NCBI GenBank assembly: GCA_964631605.1
Contig: CAZVYG010000010.1
Location: forward strand, 22,353-86,352
Source: an uncultured Verrucomicrobiota bacterium
GTDB lineage: Bacteria; Verrucomicrobiota; Verrucomicrobiia; Limisphaerales; UBA8199
DNA length: 64,000 nt
Reading direction: 5' to 3'
The position numbers and the translations under genes are program-made. Numbering within the stretch: the first letter of the stretch is position 1; every line of letters begins with the position of its first letter. Shown piece by piece: positions 27,735 to 36,577 of this stretch. The notes beneath the pieces are model-generated. The model was not told where the DNA came from. It worked only from the letters and a program-made list of their open reading frames with translations, and ran no database searches.

Positions 27735-28768
27735 AGAAGGCGGTTTTGCTGGTTAATCTTGGGTCTCCGAACTCGCCTTCGGTGCCGGATGTGCGGCGTT
27801 ATTTGCGCGAGTTTTTGATGGATGGGAGGGTGCTGGATGTCCCCTGGCTGGTGCGGTTCTGCATTGTCCATTTCGCAATTCTGCCTTCGCGGCCGAAAGC
27901 GTCGGCGCACGCCTACCAAACCATCTGGACCGCAGGGGGCTCACCCCTGGTGGTGACGAGCCGGAACGTGCAGCAGCAGTTGCAGCAGCGGGTTGAGATT
28001 CCGGTTGAACTGGCGATGCGTTACCAGAATCCCTCCATACCCGACGCCGTTGAGCGATTGGCAGCGCAGGGGGTCGGGGAACTGCTGCTGATTCCGCTCT
28101 TTCCCCATTACGCGATGTCGAGTTACGAAACCGCGGTCGAACGGGTCCGCGAGGTGGCCGCGAAACGGGCGCCGGCGATGCGGGTCGTGGTCCAGCCGCC
28201 GTATTATGACCACCCGGATTATATTTCGGCGCTGGTGGCCAGCGCGCAGGAATATTTGGCGGAGGATTATGATCACCTGCTGTTCAGTTTCCACGGTGTG
28301 CCGGAACGACAGATTCGGAAGTCCGATCCGACCGGCGGGCACTGTCTCAGGGTGGACAACTGCTGCGAGACTCCCAGTCCGGCGCATGCCCGCTGCTACC
28401 GGGCGCAGTGTTTCCAGACCGTGGCGGCCTTTAACCGCGCGGCGGGGATACCGGCCGGGAAGAGTTCGGTGGCGTTCCAATCGCGTTTGGGGCGTGATCC
28501 GTGGTTGACACCGTACACCGACCAACAACTCACCGCCCTGGCCGGGCGCGGCGTCAAACGGTTGCGAGTCATGTGTCCGGCGTTTGTCTCTGACTGTCTG
28601 GAGACGCTCGAGGAAATCGGCATGCGCGGCAAGGAAACCTTCCTCGAGGCGGGCGGAACCGATTTCAAGATGATCCCCTGTCTAAACGAGCATCCGCGGT
28701 GGATCACGGCGTTGGAGCGGATGGTGCAGCGATTCCTCGAACCGGCCACGGCTGGCGTCACCCCCTGA
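27731..28768 (+). CDS. hemH: ferrochelatase
   Basis: ATGA overlap with hemY. AVLLVNLGSPNSPSVPDVRRYLREFL, LLFSFHGVPE, CLETLEEI. Confidence 0.9.
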   Translation: MKKAVLLVNLGSPNSPSVPDVRRYLREFLMDGRVLDVPWLVRFCIVHFAILPSRPKASAHAYQTIWTAGGSPLVVTSRNVQQQLQQRVEIPVELAMRYQNPSIPDAVERLAAQGVGELLLIPLFPHYAMSSYETAVERVREVAAKRAPAMRVVVQPPYYDHPDYISALVASAQEYLAEDYDHLLFSFHGVPERQIRKSDPTGGHCLRVDNCCETPSPAHARCYRAQCFQTVAAFNRAAGIPAGKSSVAFQSRLGRDPWLTPYTDQQLTALAGRGVKRLRVMCPAFVSDCLETLEEIGMRGKETFLEAGGTDFKMIPCLNEHPRWITALERMVQRFLEPATAGVTP

Positions 28769-28901
28769 CGCTGCCCGCCAATGCTGCGGTCCCCCCGGAC
28801 CGCCCGAGCCCCCGCGCCCGGGGCATGTAACTTTTTCGTGACTAGCGCCCGGCTTGTCTTTATTTTTGCTTTGATTTCGGAATCCAGAAACTTAAGAGAC
28901 C

Positions 28902-30203
28902 ATGCAAACGCGTTTTGACCTGACCCAGGCCGACATCCCCAAGAGTTGGTACAACCTGCTGGCTGATTTTCCCGAACCGCTTCCGCCGCCGCTCCACCCG
29001 GGAACCAGGCAGCCGGTCCCGCCGGAAGCCTTGGGCGCCATTTTCCCGATGAACCTCGTTCAACAGGAGATGTGCCCGGACCGGTACATCGAAATCCCAG
29101 AGCCCGTCCGTGAAATCTACGCGTTGTGGCGGCCAACCCCCCTGTTGCGGGCGGTGCGGTTCGAGAAGGCACTGCAGACCCCGGCGCATATTTACTACAA
29201 GTACGAAGGGGTCAGCCCTGCCGGCAGCCACAAGGTGAACACGTCGGTCGCCCAGGCGTTTTTTAACAAGCAGGCGGGGACCAAGCGGCTGGCCACCGAA
29301 ACCGGGGCGGGCCAATGGGGCGCGTCGCTGGCGATGGCCTGCAAGCTGTTTGGCCTGGAGTGCAACATTTACATGGTCAAGGTGAGCTACCAACAAAAGC
29401 CGTACCGGCGCATGCTGATGCACACCTGGGGCGCGACCGTGCATCCCAGTCCCAGCGACCAGACCGAATACGGCCGGAAGCTTTTGGCGGAAGACCCGCA
29501 TTGCCCGGGCAGTCTCGGCATCGCCATCAGCGAGGCCATCGAGGACACGATCAAGACTCCGAACACAAAATACTCGTTGGGCAGTGTGTTGAACCACGTT
29601 TGCCTTCATCAGACCGTGATCGGGCAGGAGACCCTCAAGCAAATGGAACTGGCTGGGGAGGAGCCCGACATGATCTTTGGCTGCTGCGGGGGTGGCAGCA
29701 ATTTTGCCGGGCTGGTCTTCCCCTACATCCAGAAAAAGATCAAAGACGGCAAGAAATACCGCATTGTGGGCGTGGAGCCCTCGGCCTGCCCTTCGCTGAC
29801 CAAGGGCGAGCTGCGTTATGATTTCGGCGACACGGCGGAGACCACGCCGTTGCTGATGATGTACACCCTCGGCCACAAATTCATACCCCCCTCCATTCAT
29901 TCCGGCGGGTTGCGCTACCACGGCATGGCGCCGATGGTGAGCCATGCCTTGAAGCTCGGTTTGATCGAAGCCGAGGCGTATCACCAAACCCGCGTTTTCG
30001 AGGCCGCCACCTTGTGGGCGCAAACCGAGGGCATCGTGCCGGCCCCCGAGTCCGCCCACGCCATCGCGGCCGTGGCGCAGCATGCCCTCCAGGCCCGCGA
30101 AGCCGGGCGCAAAGCGGTGCTGCTCTTCAACCTTTCCGGCCATGGTCTCCTGGACCTCAGTTCCTACGAGACCTACATGACCGGGAAAATGCAGGACGTA
30201 TAA
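28902..30203 (+). CDS. TrpB-like PLP-dependent enzyme (tryptophan synthase beta, type 2)
   Basis: [15 protein letters not shown]-terminus typical of TrpB2; PLP Lys motif [10 protein letters not shown]; ETGAGQWG. Confidence 0.85.
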   Translation: MQTRFDLTQADIPKSWYNLLADFPEPLPPPLHPGTRQPVPPEALGAIFPMNLVQQEMCPDRYIEIPEPVREIYALWRPTPLLRAVRFEKALQTPAHIYYKYEGVSPAGSHKVNTSVAQAFFNKQAGTKRLATETGAGQWGASLAMACKLFGLECNIYMVKVSYQQKPYRRMLMHTWGATVHPSPSDQTEYGRKLLAEDPHCPGSLGIAISEAIEDTIKTPNTKYSLGSVLNHVCLHQTVIGQETLKQMELAGEEPDMIFGCCGGGSNFAGLVFPYIQKKIKDGKKYRIVGVEPSACPSLTKGELRYDFGDTAETTPLLMMYTLGHKFIPPSIHSGGLRYHGMAPMVSHALKLGLIEAEAYHQTRVFEAATLWAQTEGIVPAPESAHAIAAVAQHALQAREAGRKAVLLFNLSGHGLLDLSSYETYMTGKMQDV

Positions 30204-30220
30204 AACGTGATCAAAACCCC

Positions 30221-31117
30221 ATGAAAAACAGCAGAACCCATACTGTTCGAATCCTGGCCAGCCTGCTTGGCGCTGGCCTCACCCTGGTTCCCGGCCTCCT
30301 GTGGGCCCAACCTTCGGCGCATTACGTGCCGGGAGTCGAGGGCATCAAGGGCGCATCCTTGCCGCCGCCGGGCGTGTATGTGCGCGACTACAACGTGTTT
30401 TACTTCGCCAACCAGGTCAACGACTTCAGCGGGGATGAGATCCCCGGCGTTGACCCGGAGGTCTTCATTTACGCCAATGTTCCAAGGATCATCTGGATTA
30501 CGGAACTCAAGGTGCTGGGCGGCAACATCGGGGTGGATGCCCTGGTTCCCCTGCAATACACCGACATCGGCCTGATAGACGACAGCACTTTTGGCGTGGG
30601 CGACGTGTTCGCCGAGGTGACCTGGTCCCGGCATCTCCAGCAGTTTGACTTCTCGCTGGGCTACGGCGTTTACGCTCCCACCGGCAACTCGGATCCCGCC
30701 CCGCTGAACACCGAGGCGGGCCTGGGTTACTGGACCCACATGTTTACCGCCGGAGCCACGTGGTATCCGGACAAAGACAAAAAATGGGCCGTGTCGGCTT
30801 TGAACCGTTACGAGATCAACACGGAGAAGGACGACACCGAGGGCTGGCGGCCGGGGCAAGTCTGGACGCTCGAATACGGTTTGAGCTACGGCCTTCGTCC
30901 CACGATTGACCTCGGCGTGGTGGGTTATTATCAACTGCGAACCACCGAAAGCACCGGGGCGGATGACCGCGAGCAGGTGGCCGCGATTGGCCCGGAAGTC
31001 AGCGCCTTCTGCACCAAGCTCGGCCTGAACACTTCGCTGCGATACCTCTACGAGTTCATGGCGGAGGGACGCCTGCAAGGTCATACCGTGGCCCTGACGC
31101 TGACGAAGAAGTTTTAG
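30221..31117 (+). CDS. outer-membrane beta-barrel protein (MetA-pathway/phenol-degradation-like transporter family)
   Basis: ATG at 30221; signal peptide ILASLLGAGLTLVPGLLWAQ; alternating beta-strand pattern; C-terminal aromatic residue (...LTKKF). Confidence 0.65.
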   Translation: MKNSRTHTVRILASLLGAGLTLVPGLLWAQPSAHYVPGVEGIKGASLPPPGVYVRDYNVFYFANQVNDFSGDEIPGVDPEVFIYANVPRIIWITELKVLGGNIGVDALVPLQYTDIGLIDDSTFGVGDVFAEVTWSRHLQQFDFSLGYGVYAPTGNSDPAPLNTEAGLGYWTHMFTAGATWYPDKDKKWAVSALNRYEINTEKDDTEGWRPGQVWTLEYGLSYGLRPTIDLGVVGYYQLRTTESTGADDREQVAAIGPEVSAFCTKLGLNTSLRYLYEFMAEGRLQGHTVALTLTKKF

Positions 31118-31175
31118 AGGCTTCTCGGCAGCCCGGGAGCCCAGTCTCCGGGGTTGCCCGAGCCGAAGGACGTTC

Positions 31176-31212
31176 AACTCTCAACTCTTCGCGAAGGGTT
31201 GAGAGTTTTTTT
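31176..31212 (+). terminator. rho-independent terminator after the outer-membrane protein gene
   Basis: Perfect 10-bp stem AACTCTCAAC/GTTGAGAGTT, 12-nt loop (itself near-palindromic), then a run of 7 T. Confidence 0.8.
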
Positions 31213-31288
31213 GTCGGGAAACTCGCGGCGAAATCCATTTGCCAGCGCGTGGTCCTCCGCAGCACACTGTCGGAGTTGAAGGCGTGAT

Positions 31289-32314
31289 ATGACTGATGCA
31301 CAATGGCAGCAATTACTTGACGTTATTGACGGGCGCTCCTTCGTGCGACCCCCGGTCGGCTTTATCATAGACTCGCCCTGGCTTCCCAATTGGCACGGCA
31401 TTGACATCCTGGATTACTTCACCAACGAGGAGCAGTGGTTTCAGGCCCACCGCAAGGCCATCGAGACCTTTCCCGAAGTCACGTTCCTGCCGGGGTTCTG
31501 GTCGGAGTTTGGCATGTGCACCGAGCCGTCGGCGTTCGGCAGCAAATGCGTCTTTTATCAGAACGAGTTCCCTTTTGCGGACAAGATGATCCATGACGTC
31601 AGCCAGATCAACGATCTGGCCGAGCCCAATCCCAGGACCGATGGTCTGCTGCCCTTCATGCTCAACCGGCTCAAAAGCACGCGGTCCCGGATCGAGGAGC
31701 TGGGCCACCGCATCCGCTTCTCGGTTTCCCGCGGGCCCCTGAATGTGGCCACGTTTCTGATGGGCACGACGGAGTTTCTCATGGCGCTGAAAACCGATCC
31801 GGATCAGGTGCACAAGCTGTTGCGGATGATTACGCGCTTCCTCAAAAACTGGCATGAGTTGCAGCGCCAGACCTTCTCCTCGATTGACGGCATGTTTCTG
31901 TTGGACGACATCGTTGGATTTGTGGGCGAGGCGGATTTTCTGGAATTTGGACTGCCTTACCTCAAGGAGTTATATGCTTCGGACGTCCGGGTGAAATTCT
32001 TCCACAATGACGCTGAGTGCGCGAAGTCCATAAAGTATTACCCCGAGATCGGGATCAATTTCTACAATCCCGGGATTTTCAACAGCCTGGCGGAATTGCG
32101 TGAGATGTCGGGCAACCGGTTGGCGCTGCTGGGGAACATCCCCCCCCGGGACGTGCTGGCGCGGGGAACCCCCGAGGAGGTAAGCCAGGCGGTGCGGAAG
32201 TTGCTGACAGAGAACCCTGACACGAGCCGTTGGATGCTTTCCTGCGCGGGCGGCATGCCGCCCGGCGTCTCGACCGCGAACCTCAGGGCCTTCCTGGCCG
32301 CAGCCCAGGCCTGA
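31289..32314 (+). CDS. uroporphyrinogen decarboxylase (URO-D) family paralog, MtaA/CmuA-like; not HemE
   Basis: 341 aa with a URO-D-like C-terminal half (LLGNIPPRDVLARGTPEEV...SCAGGMPPG); lacks the HemE RQAGR motif. Confidence 0.6.
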   Translation: MTDAQWQQLLDVIDGRSFVRPPVGFIIDSPWLPNWHGIDILDYFTNEEQWFQAHRKAIETFPEVTFLPGFWSEFGMCTEPSAFGSKCVFYQNEFPFADKMIHDVSQINDLAEPNPRTDGLLPFMLNRLKSTRSRIEELGHRIRFSVSRGPLNVATFLMGTTEFLMALKTDPDQVHKLLRMITRFLKNWHELQRQTFSSIDGMFLLDDIVGFVGEADFLEFGLPYLKELYASDVRVKFFHNDAECAKSIKYYPEIGINFYNPGIFNSLAELREMSGNRLALLGNIPPRDVLARGTPEEVSQAVRKLLTENPDTSRWMLSCAGGMPPGVSTANLRAFLAAAQA

Positions 32315-32360
32315 ACGGGCCGGGCTTGTAAACGAATCTGTTTTGGTGGAGGATGAACTT

Positions 32361-33509
32361 ATGCGCAAGCTCACTATTACCCTTGCATTCGGCTGTTTCC
32401 TTGTTTTGACGGGTGGAACCCATGGCGCGCCCCCGGCCTGGGCGAAGCCGTCGGTGGAGAGCGCTGCCTTTGGAGTCACCAGTGACGGCCAGCCGGTTGA
32501 AATCTACACGCTGCGCAATTCCCACGGCTGGACGGCCAAAGTCCTTACTTTCGGCGCGGCGATCTATTCACTTGAAGTGCCGGATCGCCAGGGCCGGCTG
32601 GCCAACATTACCGCCAACCGCCAATCGCTGGCGGATTATGAAACCAAGGGCGGGGCGTTCGGTTCGGTTCTTGGGCGCTACGCCAACCGCATCGCCGGCG
32701 GTAAGTTGGTTGTTGACGGCAAGACCTACTCGCTTCCGGTCAACAACGGCCCCAATCATCTTCATGGCGGGCCCAAGGGCTTCAACAAGCGGGTTTGGAA
32801 GGCCCAGGCGCTGCCTGGAAAAGATGCGGCTGCTGTCAAGCTCACCTACACCAGCGTGGACGGTGAGGAAGGGTATCCCGGCATGCTGGTCTGCACCGTG
32901 GTTTATGAGTTGAACGACCGGAACGAGTGGAAGATGGACTACACGGCCACCACCGATAAACCGACCGTGGTTAACCTCTCGAACCACGCTTACTGGAATC
33001 TGGCCGGGGCCTACGCCGGCACGGTCCTGGACCACGTGCTGACCGTCAATGCCGACGAGGTTTTGCGCGTGGACGAGACCTTGATCCCGACCGGCGAAAG
33101 GGCGCCGGTGGCCGGCACGCCGCTGGACTTCCGGCAGCCACGCCGGGTTGGCGAGCGGATTGCCGAGATCACCGAAAAACATTTCAACGGCGGTTACGAC
33201 CACTGCTTTGTGATCCGCCACAAGCAACCGGGTGACCTCACGCTGTGCGCCACCCTCAAGGATCCGAAGTCGGGTCGGGTGATGGAGGTCCTGACCACCG
33301 AACCGGGAGTTCAGGTCTATAGCGCCAATTTCCCGAGTGGTTCGGTCGTCGGCCCCGACAACTACGCCTATCCCAAACACGCGGGGCTTTGCCTGGAGAC
33401 CCAACATTTCCCCGATTCGCCCAACAAACCGAATTTTCCCAGCACCCTGCTCAAGCCGGGCCAGGTGTTTCGCAGCACCACCATTCACCGCTTTCGGATT
33501 GACTCCTGA
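32361..33509 (+). CDS. galM: aldose 1-epimerase (galactose mutarotase), secreted
   Basis: ATG at 32361 with a signal peptide. GRYANRIAGGKLVVDGKTYSLPVNNGPNHLHGGPKGF, NLSNHAYWNL, GLCLETQHFPDSPN. Confidence 0.85.
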   Translation: MRKLTITLAFGCFLVLTGGTHGAPPAWAKPSVESAAFGVTSDGQPVEIYTLRNSHGWTAKVLTFGAAIYSLEVPDRQGRLANITANRQSLADYETKGGAFGSVLGRYANRIAGGKLVVDGKTYSLPVNNGPNHLHGGPKGFNKRVWKAQALPGKDAAAVKLTYTSVDGEEGYPGMLVCTVVYELNDRNEWKMDYTATTDKPTVVNLSNHAYWNLAGAYAGTVLDHVLTVNADEVLRVDETLIPTGERAPVAGTPLDFRQPRRVGERIAEITEKHFNGGYDHCFVIRHKQPGDLTLCATLKDPKSGRVMEVLTTEPGVQVYSANFPSGSVVGPDNYAYPKHAGLCLETQHFPDSPNKPNFPSTLLKPGQVFRSTTIHRFRIDS

Positions 33510-33675
33510 GCGGCGCTGGCGGCGGGCTTTTGCCTGGATTTGGCGGCCGCGCCGGTGGCGCGCCTCCGCCCGGCCTTCACTTTGCCAAACCCATCGAAAA
33601 ATTTTCCCACTCAGGGCTTGACGGTTTCTCCAACGTAGCATAGACACACAGCAAAACTTAGAACTGGAGTAAACC

Positions 33676-33921
33676 ATGGCTGAGAAAACAATAGAGCAGC
33701 GAGTCAAAGACATCATCGTCGAGCAGTTGGGCGTGAACGCCGACCAGGTCACCCCCGAGGCGAAGTTCATCGAGGACCTGGGCGCGGATTCGCTCGACAC
33801 CGTCGAATTGGTCATGGCGCTCGAGGAGGAGTTCGGCAGCGAAATTCCCGACGACCAGGCCGAGAAACTTCAAAGCGTCGGCGACGTCATCAAGTACATC
33901 GAAGACCTCCAGCAGAAGTAG
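33676..33921 (+). CDS. acpP: acyl carrier protein
   Basis: 81 aa, [23 protein letters not shown] (phosphopantetheine Ser). Confidence 0.95.
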   Translation: MAEKTIEQRVKDIIVEQLGVNADQVTPEAKFIEDLGADSLDTVELVMALEEEFGSEIPDDQAEKLQSVGDVIKYIEDLQQK

Positions 33922-33939
33922 CGTGAGGCTGAACGCTTT

Positions 33940-33986
33940 CGGGGCAGCTTCGACTGGCACCAGCTTGGGCTGCCCCGTTTGATTTT
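33940..33986 (+). terminator. hairpin plus T-tract between acpP and fabF (partial terminator/attenuator)
   Basis: 9-bp stem CGGGGCAGC (33940-33948) / GCTGCCCCG (33969-33977) followed by TTTGATTTT, which abuts the fabF ATG. Confidence 0.55.
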
Positions 33987-35243
33987 ATGGCAAGCAACTG
34001 GACTGACCGCCGGGTGGTGATTACAGGGATGGGCGTGGTCTCGCCGCTGGGCACCGACGTGGACACCTTCTGGAGCCGGTTGGTGGCCGGCGAGTGCGGA
34101 GTGGACCGCATCACCGCGTTCGATCCTTCCCAGTTCGACACCCAGATCGCCGCCGAGGTGAAGCATTTTGACCCCACCCCCGCCTTTCCTTCCCCCAAGG
34201 AGGTGAGGCGTACGGACCGGTACAGCCAGTTCGGCGTTCATGCCGCCTGGCAGGCCCTGAAGGATTCGGGGTTGGACCTCGACCAGGCCGACCGCGATGA
34301 ATTCGGGGTTTTGATCGGCTCCGGCATCGGGGGCTTGGAAACCACGACCGCCCAGCACACGACGCTCCTCCAGCGGGGTCCGGGGCGGCTGTCCCCGTTC
34401 ATGATCCCGATGCTCATCTCGAACATGGCATCCGGTTTGGTCTCCATGTACTACGGTCTGCGGGGCCCCAACTTCGCCACCTGCTCGGCGTGCGCGACCG
34501 CCAACCACGCGTTGGGGGAGGCGTGGCGCACCATCAAAATGGGGGATGCCAAAGTCATGCTGGCCGGAGGCGCCGAAGCCACCATTGTTCCGATCGGGAT
34601 TGGGGGCTTCTGCGCCATGCGGGCGATGAGCACCCGGAACGACGACCCCAAACATGCCTCGCGCCCGTTCGACAAGGAACGCGACGGTTTTGTCATGGGC
34701 GAAGGCGCCGGTGTGCTTGTTCTGGAAGAGCTGGAACATGCCCGGGCCCGCGGCGCGCGCATCTACGCCGAGATTGTTGGATATGGCAACACCGCCGATG
34801 CCTACCACCTGACAGCCCCTTCTCCGGGCGGGGAAGGCGCCACCCGCTGCATGCGCATGGCTTTGCGCAATGCCGGGCTCAACCCCGAGGATGTCACTTA
34901 CATCAACGCCCACGGCACCGCCACCCCCACCGGCGACATCGCCGAAACTCAGGCCATCAAGACCGTCTTTGGCGACCACGCCAGAAAACTTGCCGTCAGT
35001 TCCACCAAAGGCGCCACCGGCCACATGCTGGGCGCGGCCGGCGCGGTGGAAATGATCGTCTGCACCAAGGCGATTCAAACCGACACGGTGCCGCCCACGA
35101 TCAATTACGAGGTGCCCGATCCCGAGTGTGACCTGGATTACGTGCCCAACGTCGCGCGGCCGACCAAGGTCCAGGTCGTCATCAACAACTCCTTTGGCTT
35201 CGGCGGCCATAACGCCAGCGTTGTGGCCCGGAAGTTTGTGTGA
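33987..35243 (+). CDS. fabF: beta-ketoacyl-ACP synthase II
   Basis: RRVVITGMGVVSPLG, active-site Cys region FATCSACATANHALGEA, INAHGTATPTGD, KGATGHMLGAAG. Confidence 0.95.
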   Translation: MASNWTDRRVVITGMGVVSPLGTDVDTFWSRLVAGECGVDRITAFDPSQFDTQIAAEVKHFDPTPAFPSPKEVRRTDRYSQFGVHAAWQALKDSGLDLDQADRDEFGVLIGSGIGGLETTTAQHTTLLQRGPGRLSPFMIPMLISNMASGLVSMYYGLRGPNFATCSACATANHALGEAWRTIKMGDAKVMLAGGAEATIVPIGIGGFCAMRAMSTRNDDPKHASRPFDKERDGFVMGEGAGVLVLEELEHARARGARIYAEIVGYGNTADAYHLTAPSPGGEGATRCMRMALRNAGLNPEDVTYINAHGTATPTGDIAETQAIKTVFGDHARKLAVSSTKGATGHMLGAAGAVEMIVCTKAIQTDTVPPTINYEVPDPECDLDYVPNVARPTKVQVVINNSFGFGGHNASVVARKFV

Positions 35244-36577
35244 GTTTTCTTGCGCTGATCGAAGCCAAGCGCGACGGGCAGGCGCTGAGCCCGGCTCAAA
35301 TTGGCGGGATGGTTTCCGATTATGTGGCCGGACGCATTCCCGACTACCAAATGGCCGCCTTCCTCATGGCGGTTTATTTTCGCGGTCTGAATCCGGAGGA
35401 AACCGCCGCCCTCACCCTGGCCATGCGGGATTCGGGCGAGACCTTGTCCCTGCCGAAGGACGACCCGCGGCCAGTCGTGGACAAACACTCGACCGGCGGG
35501 GTGGGGGACAAAGTATCGCTCCCGCTGGCTCCGCTCCTGGCCTGCCTCGGCTTTCGAGTCCCCATGATTTCCGGCCGCGGTTTGGGCATCACCGGGGGGA
35601 CGCTCGACAAATTGGACGCCATTCCCGGCTTCCAGACGCTGCTGTCTGCCGAGCGCATCGGCCAAATCGTGCAGCAAGTCGGCTGCGTGATGTGCGGCCA
35701 AACAGACCGCATGGTGCCCGCCGACAAAGGTCTCTACGCGCTGCGCGATGTGACGGGCACGGTCCCCTCCATCCCCTTGATTGTCGCCTCGATCCTCTCC
35801 AAGAAACTTGCCGAGGGTCTTCAGGCGCTGATCCTCGATGTCAAATGCGGCGCGGCGGCCTTCATGCCCACGCTCGAACAGGCTCGTGAACTGGCCGGCG
35901 CCATGGTCCGGCTCGGCACTCAGTGCGGGGTTAACACCCGCGCGCTGGTGACCGCGATGGACACGCCCCTCGGTTCCGCCGCCGGCAATTGGCTCGAGGT
36001 CAAGGAATCGGTCCAGTGTCTTGAAGGGGGCGGCCCGGCCGAGCTGCGCGCCCTGGTTATCGCATGCGCCGCCCATTTGCTTGTGCAGACCGGCCAGTGC
36101 GCCTCCCTGGAAGCTGCCCGCGAGCAGGCAGCCACCTGCCTCGACTCCGGCCGGCCGCGGCGCAAATGGACGGAAATGCTCGCGGCGCAGGGCGCCGACC
36201 TCGAGGCGTTCGAACGCAAGTTGCGGCTGGATGTCACCGCTCCCGCTGTGCTTGAGGTTCACGCTCCAATGGCGGGCTTTGTGGTCCGCTGCGACGCCCG
36301 TCAGATCGGTGAAATCGTGCGCGACCTTGGGGGCGGCCGCTTGACCCAGGAATCCGTTGTTAATTACGAGGTGGGCGTGGACCACTTGGCCAGGGTTGGC
36401 GCAGCGGTCTCCGCAGGCGCCATCCTTGCGCGGGTTCACGCCGCGGATGACCATCAAGCCGCCTGGGCCGCTCGCCGCGTCCAAGCCGCCTTCCAGATTG
36501 CTCCCAACCCGCCTGCGCCCGCTCCTCTCATCCGGGAAGTTATCGTCGCCGGTCAGGGCCCCAACGAGACCCGGTAG
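35240..36577 (+). CDS. deoA: thymidine/pyrimidine-nucleoside phosphorylase
   Basis: GTG start in a GTGA overlap with fabF. LIEAKRDGQALS, MAAFLMAVYFRGL, VVDKHSTGGVGDKVSL. Confidence 0.85.
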   Translation: MSFLALIEAKRDGQALSPAQIGGMVSDYVAGRIPDYQMAAFLMAVYFRGLNPEETAALTLAMRDSGETLSLPKDDPRPVVDKHSTGGVGDKVSLPLAPLLACLGFRVPMISGRGLGITGGTLDKLDAIPGFQTLLSAERIGQIVQQVGCVMCGQTDRMVPADKGLYALRDVTGTVPSIPLIVASILSKKLAEGLQALILDVKCGAAAFMPTLEQARELAGAMVRLGTQCGVNTRALVTAMDTPLGSAAGNWLEVKESVQCLEGGGPAELRALVIACAAHLLVQTGQCASLEAAREQAATCLDSGRPRRKWTEMLAAQGADLEAFERKLRLDVTAPAVLEVHAPMAGFVVRCDARQIGEIVRDLGGGRLTQESVVNYEVGVDHLARVGAAVSAGAILARVHAADDHQAAWAARRVQAAFQIAPNPPAPAPLIREVIVAGQGPNETR

